This document shows, in pieces, positions 52,640 through 64,000 of a DNA stretch of 64,000 nucleotides. The stretch's first letter is position 1; every line of letters starts with the position of its first letter. Origin of the DNA: Lama glama (Eukaryota); NCBI GenBank assembly GCA_028534125.1, contig CM052816.1, positions 91,886,001 through 91,950,000 of the forward strand, written 5' to 3'. A program made the position numbers and the translations under genes. Under the pieces are notes generated by a model that saw only the letters and a program-made list of their open reading frames with translations, had not been told where the DNA came from and searched no databases.

Positions 52640-53800
52640 ACATCATCTTCTCCTACTTGACTTGATCATCCCACGACCTTTTAAACAAGCTGCATAATTT
52701 TCCGTCCATCCCTTGACCGCAGAACCCTATCCTTAAAGGAGTTTCATGCATTGCTGTTTTACCTTTTCTCCCTTTCACTCTGTCTTGACCCCTCCCAGCC
52801 AGGCTCTTCCCTCCACCACTCCACCAAGCTGTTCTTGTCAGTGTCCTCATTGCTCACCAATGCTTAGTCTCAGTTTCTTCTCTTGCTCGATTTGTCAACT
52901 CCATTTAGCTCAGTTGATCTGCCTTTCCTGAAGCTTGCTCTTCTCTTGGCATCCAGAACCTACACTTCTCTCTTTTTCCAACTACCTCAATGGCTGCCCC
53001 TTCTCCATCACCTTCATGTGTTCCTACTCATCTCCCAGCCTCTGAACTTCAGAGTAATTATTCCAATCAGTCCTTATCTCTTTTCTTAATCTACACTCAT
53101 TCTCTTTGTGTCCTTATCCAGTGTCATGGCTTTAAATACCATCCACAAAATTATTTCTCTATTTATATCTCTAGCCCAGTTCTCTTCCTTGAATTTTAGG
53201 TCAGTATATCTAATTGTCTCCCTGGTATTCCCACTTGGAAGTCTAATAAATATTGCAAACCCAACACAACCAAAACCAAACTTGTTTCTTCTGTTGTATT
53301 CTCAGTAAATGGCAGTTGCATTTTCATATTTGTTCGGGAGAAAATTCTTGGTGTCATCCCTAGCTCCTCTCTTTTTCTCACAACCTGTCAGGATATTATG
53401 GTAGCTCTACTTTCGAAACATGTTTAGACTGCAGCCTCTCATCCTTACCTCTACCTCTGCTCTGCAGTCCAAGACATTACCACCTTGCACCAGAAATACT
53501 ACCATACCCTCCTTACTGGACTCTCTGCTTCCCCTTTCAATATATTTTTTCAGCATATAGTCTGTGAGAAAGTCAGCCAGAATGATCCTCTTTAAACAAA
53601 TGAAGCCATGTCTCGCCACTGTTCTAAGCTTTCCTCTGTCTTCCGTCTCACTTAGAATAACAGCCAAAGTTCTCATAATCGCCACCCATGTATTTACCCA
53701 CTTCATCTGATATCTAATATGGACTTGTAACCTGCTTTGCTCCCAGACTATCAACTTCGATTCTTAACTTTTGCTCACCAAACTCTCAGATGCTGCCTTG
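52640..53800 (+). mobile_element. LINE-2 (L2) fragment
   Basis: Pyrimidine-rich L2 text including CATGGCTTTAAATACCAT, GTCATCCCTAGCTCCTCTCT and CAGCCAGAATGATCCT. Confidence 0.75.
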
Positions 53801-56800
53801 CTTAGTCCCCCAGACCCAGGGTCCTGCTGACTTCCCCTGACACTGCATCTTCTATGACTTTGTCCTTCTCTTGTCTGGAGCCACTCGCTTCCTTTGTTCA
53901 TTTTCTAACTTTTCCAGCTTTTACCAGTGATTATTGTTAGCCTCTGTGGTTGGGGAGGAGGACTGTCTAATTCTATCCAACTATTTTCCTGATTTTGTCT
54001 TGAAGTTCTGCTGCCAAAGTTACTGCTTTGCTTTTTACTCTGGGATCACTGTAGTTTTACTTGGGGGGAGAAAGATCTGCATTCTCTGGGACAGACAACC
54101 AAATTGTAGGGTGCTTTTCTAATGAGCTGACCTATCACATCTTCCCAAAGACTTGCAAACCCCAGGGGGAGAATGCCTCATGGGTCTATATCACATCTAT
54201 GAGTTTAAAAGGGGTAAGAAATTTCTCAGGATCCCCTTACACTATAAATTGTTTGGGGTTCCAAAGAGCTGGAAATCACTGCCTTCATCTTCTAGTCTCC
54301 ACATATTTATTCCCAGGCATTTGGCTTAATTGTTCTGCCCAGTGACTTGTGCACCCTGGGATTGTCTGCGTCAATTACTGAATCAGTTATTAAGCATATA
54401 TGTGATAATTCACAAAGCCACTTACTGAACCCCCTAGTTTAATTATAATTGTATTTGGCCTCTCTGCAGAAGCTCCTAAGCTTTGGCAGTTTGCCCACAT
54501 GAACTCTCCAGTTAAGAATTTCTGATAATGTATACAAGGCAAGTTAGATTGAATATCTCTTAATACCTTTCAGTATTCACAAGTCATGAAAACTGAGTAA
54601 AGCCACTGTTTCTAAACTACAAACACATTTCCGTTTTCACATCAGTCCGGTTCCCACCCATCCCACCAACATTTGTTGCTATCTCTAATACACGACATAC
54701 TAAACATTTGCATTCTCCAAACAAAATGTTAGTGCTCCACTAAGTGTTACAGTTTAGCCTGGCTCCAGTGTAGCATTGGCTGTTCAATTTAGCTAAACTA
54801 TAAAATAACAACACAGTAATTCTGATGAACGAACCAGCTTGTTAAAAACAGATACTCCATGCATTTTCTTTGGGATATGGAAACTTCTGGTTTTATCAAA
54901 ACACTATTTTCTATTATGTAAAGGGATTTTTCATTATTTTTCTCCTATCTTTTCTCACGAGCTCATAATATAAAGAACAAGGATAAGGCACTTCAGAGGG
55001 ATTTGGGGGTAGAGACGAATTAGGATATGAGGGAAGATTTGCTTCAATGGGGTCCATTTTTCTCTATGAATACTGTTTAGATTAGAAGCTGTATGGATCA
55101 CAACCAAAGAACAATTTCTCTCTCTTTCTCTTTCCCCCTGGCCTCACTTCTACCCCCATAAATACGTACAAACCCACATTCCTTTCTTTACTTGAAGAAT
55201 TTCTATTTATCTTTCAAGGAACAGTTCTGATAATTTCTTCATGTTGAGGGTGTCAGCAACTTCCTTCCAAGCAGCTCCTACCCAGTCACTTATTTCTCTA
55301 TTCCCACTCTGTTTTCTATATATTACTACTCATCATTTTTGTTGATTGTTTACATCTATTTCTTCTGGACTCTGAGATTCTTAAGGTCAAAGGCCGTGGT
55401 TCTTTTAACGTTTGGTGCATTATATCAGCATATGATAAATGAATAAATTGGTGCAAACTGAGTAAATATATTAGAGTTTGTTGCTTAATGAATAGGAAAA
55501 GAAAGAAAATTGATGAAAGAGAAAACAGACATCTTAGTTATACTAGGTACACTAAAGCAATTGACTTTGGGAGGAAGAAGAAAGACTACATTAGTTCTGT
55601 CCTCCTAAGATATGAGTATTTGTTTCCCTGGATACCATAGAGGCTGGTGGACACAATGTACAATATCAACATCGTAGCCTCCTCCTGGGAAGACCTAATC
55701 TCATACTGGCTTTGATTTTCACCTGACAAGTGACCACAGGCCAACAAAGAATAAACTTGGAGTCATTTCTATTATTCTTAGGGAGTAAAGTCATCTTTGG
55801 AACCAGCAAAGAAGCTATCAGCACAAAAAGGGAGAAAAAATGGAAGTGGTGAAGAGGAATCATGGTAGAACAACTTTGTTGTTATCGTGAGCAAGAGACA
55901 CAACTACAGTTCAAGAGGGCAGGAGACAGACTTAGAGGTGAAAGTCAAGATGGTGACTTGGCCACCAACACACGCTGTACTTTGGCGCTGGCTTTCAATC
56001 ATAGATGAGAAATGAAACCTGTCCCTGCAGAAGGATTAGAATTAGAGCCAACCTGTGGCTCCATGAGAATTGGCTAAAGAACAACTTGAAGGTAGCTAGA
56101 CCAGAGCAGGGGATCCAGGGCACACTAGGAGGAATATGAATCCTGCTTGGTTGGAGGAGAAGAGAGATAATAGAATGAACAGAATCACATTTTCTAAAGG
56201 GTGTTCGCCAGGCCACCATCCAGTAATGTGTTCTGTGAATAAAGGTTTCTTGGACAAACAGCTTAGCAAACACTCCCCAGCACTGTCTCTGCTTGGTACG
56301 CAGTTAGCCTGAAACTTTCTAAATAATTTCTCATTATCAAAGGATAAAATATATTAAAAGTGGTTTCTGACCCCAACATGACTATTGATTCCCCTGCTGA
56401 ACAAAGAGGATCTGCCTTGCTTGGGCTTTTCCCCTCACTGGCCCCAAGCCGTCCTGTGTTCTCTCTAAAATGACTTTCTTGACACCTCAGAACGTACTTG
56501 GCTGCTGGCTTCTAGAATGAAAAATATTTCCTTTCTGAACCCACTGACTCAGGTTCTGGCAATAACTTTAAAGTGACCGCTTGATCAGTCACGAGAATTT
56601 ACTTTCTTATCTCAACAAATGGTATTCAAGCTCTTCCCTAGGTGAATCCCATGGGATGTTACGGGGTGTCTGAGTGAAGAGAAGAGGTCTCTGTGGTGAA
56701 ATATTCTTGAGTAAACATGGGGTTAAAGAGGATTCTGCTCTGCAGGGTTTCTCAGTGCTGTCAAGTGCACTCATTCTCCAAGTGCCATCCTCATCCCCCT

Positions 56801-57659
56801 CCTCAGCACTGCCCTTAACTTTCATTTGTTCCAACTAAGCAGCAACTAAGTGTAACAGTGAAACAGACATCTCTCAAATGTCACCGACAAGGCGGGGCAC
56901 CAAAGATCTCACTCATTCAGTTAATCAGAAATTCAGGGAAGAACACCCCCAAGATGGAAACTTGGCATCCACTAGCAAATTATAACCAACCTAAGGCTGA
57001 GCCCAGCCCCTACTGCCGGGGATGGGAAATGGGAAACAGTTTTAATGTACTTAAGCCATCACGGAAAATGTTTATGGAGCTACCGGTACCTTTTCCCATT
57101 TGAAGGTCAGCAGCAGGATTTCTGTCAGATGCATTGCCATTTTTCCCACAAAAGTTAAAAAACTGTTAAGTCTTCGCAAGTTTTGAAACCAAAGTTCTTG
57201 GGACTCTGGTTGTTCTTGGACCCCTGGCTTGTTTCCTATCAGTCAGGCTAAAAATCCAGAATGTTTGGTTTCTTGATCAGAAAAGACCAGTAGCACTTCT
57301 CTCCTCTTAATTCTTTTTGTTTCCCTAATACTTTCCCCCAGAGTATTTACATCTTGCAGCTCTTGAGAAGAATTTGGATCAGCTCACACAGCTGTTCTAC
57401 TAATTAATTCATAAGACGTTACTGTTAGGAGGAATTTAAAGGACCCTTAACTATAAACAATTTTGAAAATCTCTATACTGACTAATGCATTTTGAAGGAA
57501 AAAAGTAATATCTAAATAAATACAGATATTTATTAATCAGTCTTGAGGAAACAGGTCTGCTTTCATTCTGTAGTGTAAGTTTTATTCTGAACAAGAAATT
57601 AAATACTAGTAATAAATTTTAAAGAGTTAATCATAGTCTCCAAAATAAAATTATCTTTG

Positions 57660-58033
57660 ACAAATATCATATGTTATCACTTATATGTGGAATCTAAAAT
57701 AATGACACAAATGAGCATATTTACAAAATAGAAATAAACTCACAGACATAGAAAATAAACTATGGTTACCAAAGGGGAAAGGCAGGGAGGGATAAATCTG
57801 GAATTGGGATTAACAGATACACACTACTGTACATAAAATAGATAAACAACAAGGACCTACAGGGAACTATATTCAATCTCTTGTAATAACCTATAATGGA
57901 AAAGAATCTGAAAAGAATAATACATACATACATATATATATGTGTGTGTATAACTGGATCACTTTGCTGTATACCCAAAACATTGTAAATCAACTATACC
58001 TCAATAAAAAATAAAAATTAAAAAATAAATATG
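57660..58033 (+). mobile_element. 5'-truncated artiodactyl-type L1 3' end
   Basis: ATCACTTATATGTGGAATCTAAAA...GGTTACCAAAGGGG...CATTGTAAATCAACTATAC plus an A-rich tail. TSD ATTATCTTTG at 57650-57659 and 58034-58043. Confidence 0.88.
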
Positions 58034-60942
58034 ATTATCTTTGGCTTGAAAAATATTTACATTTGTGTGTTTTTATTTTAAAAAATGATATTATAAGTAG
58101 GGAGCTAAGCCTCATAAAATGATTAAAATTTACACAAAAGGTGAAATTCCCTTCCAGAATTATCAAAATCTGAAAATCAGAACGGTTGAGAAACAGGGTA
58201 TAGCTGGAATAAGCCTTGGCTCTGTGGGTGATTTTATCACCCAAAAGGACAATATCAGTTTGGTTCTATTATCTCCCCAATAGTTGCTAAAACTAGAGGA
58301 TTCTCTCCATTTAATCTATTTTGTTGAGTCACGAGAAAAGAAGATGGATCATTGAGTCCAGAATGTCACCATTGTATCCTCCTCTTCCTCTCAGTCGGTG
58401 TCCCCTCTCCTTAAACTGTTTTTGTTTGTCTGTCTCCCAGTCAGTTTTGAACTCCTTGAGGCCAAGAACCAAGTGCCATCATGCTTGGTACATAGAAGAG
58501 AATCTACCATTAATTGTCAAAGGGATAAAGGAGAGTAGTAGTAAGAAAATCACAGTCTAGCTCTTCTGTGTGATAGACACAATGCAGCCATTGAAAATAG
58601 CTTTTCCAAAGAGGTCCATATGGTTGGAAAAAGATCAAGATATTCCTTACTAAAAACCAATGGATAGAACAGATACAAGTTGAGAGAAGTAAGACTGTTA
58701 ACAACAAGGATAGCTTCATAGGGTGGTGATGACATGGCTGGAGTAAATCCCCAGGCTCTTACAGCTTCACGTGTTGGTTAACAGAAAACTGCATGGCATT
58801 TGTAGTTGGATAAGTTTATATGTGTATGCTTCATATTTTATTTACAGTAACTATTTAGTAAAAATATACATGTTTCTTATTCTATTGTAGGTGTCTGGGC
58901 ATTTTCAATGCTTTTCTTTGCCTTTATGGAGTCTGGAGTTTAAAAACCCCTGATCCCTCTGCCACTGTAATTGCATTTAGGGGATTCAGGGGAACCACAA
59001 ACAAGGTTCTGGTACCCAGAGCAGACAAAGCAGGTGGCAGCAGCCCTTTTAGAACAGAGTCTCAATGCTGTTATGCTTGATTGGGCAAGCTGCACATTAT
59101 GTGCTTTTGAGCCTCCTAAAATGAGGTCTTAGGAATTGAAAAGAAGGAAAAGGAAAGGGGGAAGAGAAGAAAATACCTATTAATGATCATTAGATATAAC
59201 TTTTCTCTTTCCAGTCTCTCGGCAGAAAGCCCAAGGATATCTGATTTTCTATTAAAAAGGAAAACCTCTGAATAATATAGCCTGTAATTTCGTGCTTACC
59301 ACCATGTTCCTACTTACAGAAATGCAAGAACTAAATGATAGAATACTTCAAAACAACTTCCTTCTTTTTTTTTCTCCCAAGAATGACTCAAAAATACCAT
59401 TTGTGTGGTAGATACTGACCATGGACAATGACAGTCCCTGGAATGTTCAGTTCAGTGGGATTCTAGAGTATTCTAGACTTCAAACAACAAAATCTGCTAA
59501 TATTGTTCTCTTTCTCCTTTGTCGAATTCTTACTTTACTCTACCACTCACGGCGTTTTCTTTGGTTGTTGAGAAAATTGTTCTGTCCTCATTTCGCTACA
59601 GGGAAATGCACTATAAATATTCACAAATGGATAATTGTCACCCTTTATCTGAGGCTTGGTAGTTTTTAGGGAATATACACTTTCACAATTAATTAAGGGT
59701 AATTCTTTTTGCAACTTGAATACACATAGGAAAAGACTCCCCTTCAGTTCTTTCCCTTCTTTTATGCTTCTTCCTTTCTTTCCAGAACGTTCCTTGGGGC
59801 TCAAAGATCATTATTATCAGAGGGATACTGACATCCAGACCCTCAACTTCATGACTCTTCTCTCTCCAATGCTGCCTTAAATGCCTTCTGGTGGTGACTG
59901 ATCTACGTAGAATAGAAGGCTCTCCAAGGACACATTCAGCTAATAGTAAAATTCTTAAGAGAGGAAAATAAGAAAATATGATTTCTAAGAACCAGAGTGA
60001 GAATTTGATCTAGCATCATTTTGTTTATAAACCATTTTTATTCTCAGTTAATCTCAGTTTTAATAGTGTTTGTTCATCTTTATTTGCTTCTAATGGGCAG
60101 TTAGTCCTTTTACTTATATTAAAGCTATACTAACCTCCAAACTTTTTGTTTGAGTCTGTAGCCTCTCAGTTAGATGGGACTATCCCTGAAGAAAGATGAC
60201 AAATTCAGCTTCTTACTTGGAATCCTTCTCTTTTTTCATCATCAGTTCCTAAATTATAGCCTCTAACTGCACCTATTCAGACTCCAATTATATTGCATAA
60301 ATGCCTAAATTATTACACATCCTTCATGACATGTTAGTACTATAATAATGTTCCTCTTTTCAGCTCTTAGCCATGGTGAAAGGGGAATATAATTCAAAAG
60401 AGAGTGTCTGATGTGTTAATTATTAATAAGTCTGAAAAACATGTGTTTGATCAAAGCCATCTTTTCCCTTTGCATAATTCTTCTTTTTTTTCTCTCTAAC
60501 ATCAGCAAGTTCTTCCAAAATTCATGATTGTCTCTCTGAAAGCTCTAAATTACCAGTGTTGATTTCAAAACAAGCACTGGCCAATACTTTGTTATTTATA
60601 GTAAATCCCTAGTTGGCATTTGCGATGATAATCAATCTTTGTTTGTTGCTTAAACCATTCAAAGTTCCTCTGATATATATGATTTCATTGAGTGGAAGAT
60701 GCTGCATGCAAATAAGTACACTTCAGTTACAGAAAGCAGCTGTCAGAACACATTTATATTCCAGCAGCAGAGAAGAAATTAATCTCACAGTGGCTTCAGT
60801 TCAAATTGGTGTGATATTCCAGTAAGAATTCCCAGCGCAGATGGAATAATTTTCTTTATCATAAATATTTTAAATCACTTGATCTGTATTAGAGTTGTGT
60901 AGGACTGAAACTGATTTTAGACATTTTAAATATTTTAAATCA

Positions 60943-61022
60943 AATTCTAAATAGAAAAAAAAGTTTTGGTTCTATAGAATCTAATTCTAAATAGAAAAAA
61001 AAGTTTTGGTTCTATAGCATCT
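60943..61022. repeat. 40-bp tandem duplication (39/40 identical)
   Basis: AATTCTAAATAGAAAAAAAAGTTTTGGTTCTATAG(A/C)ATCT x2. Confidence 0.95.
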
Positions 61023-64000
61023 ATTTTAAATATATTTTAAAATTTTATACAAGTTTCTCCTATCATATAAATTATTCAACCAATGAGAAAAGCTCATCAG
61101 ATGCTAATCTTGTCTGAGTTGAGCACCAAAAGAAAGCACAACTTTCCAGTCTATATGAATTGTGTTTATATCATATGTTTTAATGACAACAGTCATTCCT
61201 TTAATGTTGAAATAAATTCTGAAAATAACTGTTACTCTTTTCCTTCACTTATAGGCTTATTTGTGGAAGAAGAGGAGGGTACCAATCATCACAGAATGTA
61301 AACACTAAGGAAATGAGTTCCAGAGCCACAGAGTGACCTCTCCCAGGTGAGCAAAGCAGTTACCAGCACGTGTGGGACAGTAACACCCAACACATTATGC
61401 AGAGTATAGTGTACTTGTCAATACTTTTTGCAGTTTTGAGAAGTCAGTCCTGGTATTATTATTTATATATTACTTGGATTTATAAATTTATACATATATA
61501 CATATATATGTGTATAAATTTATATTTATATTAAAATATATATATACATATAAATTAGGTTACAATTCCATTTCTTCCACTCTGACTGTTACCTTGTGAG
61601 TCACTTCAACCACAAGTCTCCCCAAAGCATCATGAGACAGTAGGGGACATGTAGGTCCATAGAAATGGCTTTATACTTTTCAGCTTCCCTAGAATATGGA
61701 TGAAGAATTACGCATTTTGAGATGCGTAATTCTGCCTCCAACTCTAGCTGTCACTAGAATAGATCTGTTTCTCATCTAGACTGCCTGGAGATTGGTGGCC
61801 CCTCATGAATCACTACAATTCCTTCCTTCTTCCAAACCAATACTCTGAAATCCTCCAAGTGGTAGGTAGCCCAAAGGAGAAATACATCCCCTATGGGTGG
61901 GTTTGTATTTTAGAAATGCTCTCTTGACCTTGACTCTCAAGCCAAGGGGACATGTAGTGTGGACTTTATAGCCCACTTTGACACTCAAATGTCTGAATTT
62001 AGAAGAATTTATGGGATCACCATAGCCATATTGGTCAAATAGTGACTTTCCTGAACTTGGTTGTTACTAACCTCCCAACCACCACTGCTGCTCCTCCTAC
62101 CGAGATACAGCAAGTTTTATCGCTGAAGAACACATCCAAAACCAAATAGCAGAGTTCAAATTCTGAATTCAATATTGAAACGTAAGCCCCAAGATAAGAT
62201 CCATGCTGAATACTGCACAAAAGGAGACATGAACTCAGCACAGATCCAAAAGATGAGAAATGGACAGGAATTTACCAAACAACTCTTCTTTACAGTGGAT
62301 TAAAATCAAGTTGATATTTCACTTGCTGATTCAGTCTACATCCAGCCCTACGTCTCAGATTACAGGATAGTCATTGGCAAAACTGATGACTGGAAAACGC
62401 AGCCAATTTTGGAAAACGATACCAGATTCCTTAAAAATCTGAGTCAAAGTTCTATGTTCAGATTGTAAATCAGGAAGGACAAGCTCTGTCAGATAAACCT
62501 ACTTGGTGTAGGACCTACACCAGTTTGTATCTATTGACATATAAAGACTTTCAGACAGCTGGAGACAGGGCTGCAGGATTTCTGGATCTTAGTCTTTGCT
62601 CTGACTTCGGCTGGATATATCATTGACCAAGTTACTTTGCCTCTCACTGATTTGATTTCCTCATCTGGAAAAACAAGGGTCCATTATGCATTCATTTGTC
62701 CAATAACAGTCTCAGAGCACTGATTACCTGCTTAGCTGTTTACACACTGCAGAGTTGTGTGAGGAAGAAAGGAGATGATTTGCAGGCAAGCCTTTTAAGA
62801 AGCAAGAATCATTGAATTAAAAAGAAAACTCATTAAGAATTATCTGTCCTCAGCAAAAATGATCCCTAAAATAGAAGCAAAAATTGCATTCCTCAAATAA
62901 TGGACTTACAGATAAACATAGATGTCTACAGGAACCTGAATAAATGTTTGGTCTTCAAAGTTTAGACTAAGGTTTGTGCTGATTCTCCAAATATTAATGA
63001 TACATGTTATCATTTCTTGATAGTCTATTGTGTTTCAGGTAAAGGCTAGGTAATTTATATAAAGTCTTACATTAAATTTTCATTTTTAGCACAATCTTAT
63101 CAAGGAGATATTATTTTTCCATTACAGATAAGACTATTGAAGCACAGAGAAATCAGCTGGTTGCTTGGAGTCCCATCCCTAGAAAGTAGCAGAACTGAGA
63201 TGTCAACCACCAAAAGTCAGTCTACAAGACCACAGTCTTGTCCACTATACTACATGGCACTGAACTGAAAAGAGACAGCTGTAATGAAATTAATATAATT
63301 TCAAGGGTCAATGAGAAGCCCTAGTCAAAAGGCTTTGTTATTGAGAGGTCAATAGTTGACCAAAAAAATTCTTCCTATTTCCTCCCTATTCCTTTCGTTC
63401 ATCTGGGGGATAACAGAAGAGCATTTAAATCCATGTTTTGCTCAGAAATTTAGTATTATCTGTGTAAGGACTGCCAAAGAGGTCCCTACTTTAAACTTTC
63501 TGCTGCGTCTCTCAAGAAAAATGGTTTTCAAGGACAAACATTATTACAGATTGTAACTTGACAGTGAATGTCTTAAAACTCTGCACAGTCATATTTGAAA
63601 AGAAGCCAAATTGATGGGAAAAAAATGTCCACTTCAAAAGCTTAATGAAGGCAATTTGTCAACAATTTCACACATCATTTACCTACAACCTCTGAATAAA
63701 AGGTTTCCCAATTTACCTCTTTCCCATGTGAACTTCAGATCATATCCATTTAGTAATTCATCAATCATCTTTTCCAGAAACTGAGATACAAGGAGAATAC
63801 AATCTAAGAGATCCGTGAAGATAGATTTCATGTGATATGCTTATTGTTTATGTTTACCTTTTTTACCTAGTTTCAGAGAAATGACTCTTTAGGCTCAGAG
63901 TCTGGTTTAAGACTTGGGGTGAATTGGCCACATAAAAGATTAAAACAACTTAATGCATCTTAGAATGCCTATGTCTTAGACTTCTAAAAATTCTGTAGAG

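Noticed and set aside
1..64000. CRISPR array, operon or prokaryotic defence system
   Set aside because: The sequence is mammalian, with CpG depletion and SINE/LINE/LTR content. The direct repeats are isolated two-copy duplications, not repeat-spacer arrays.

Overview
Mammalian genomic DNA, almost certainly camelid: there is a Vic-1-like tRNA-derived SINE and artiodactyl-type L1 3' ends, and I recognised no Bov-tA, BovB or PRE-1. The only recognisable gene is FBXL7 on the minus strand. A CpG island (~43150-44090) holds its promoter, its 5' UTR and its first coding exon (43343-43379, MGANNGKQYGSE|G, GTGAGT donor). Positions 1-43342 are most likely the start of a very long intron 1, and 44100-64000 is gene-poor upstream DNA. 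The rest is typical eutherian repeat content (L1, L2, MIR, hAT/MER DNA transposons, ERV/MaLR solo LTRs, microsatellites). Repeat family names come from remembered consensus motifs and their boundaries are approximate. I see no prokaryotic-type system, CRISPR array or novel multi-gene locus, and nearly all listed ORFs are chance ORFs. The most interesting signals are: (1) a stack of uORFs before the FBXL7 AUG whose layout resembles ATF4; (2) a tailless 5'-half tRNA-Glu(CTC) retrocopy with a perfect 16-bp TSD; (3) an adjacent two-donor templated-insertion scar; (4) several recent perfect tandem duplications and palindromes.
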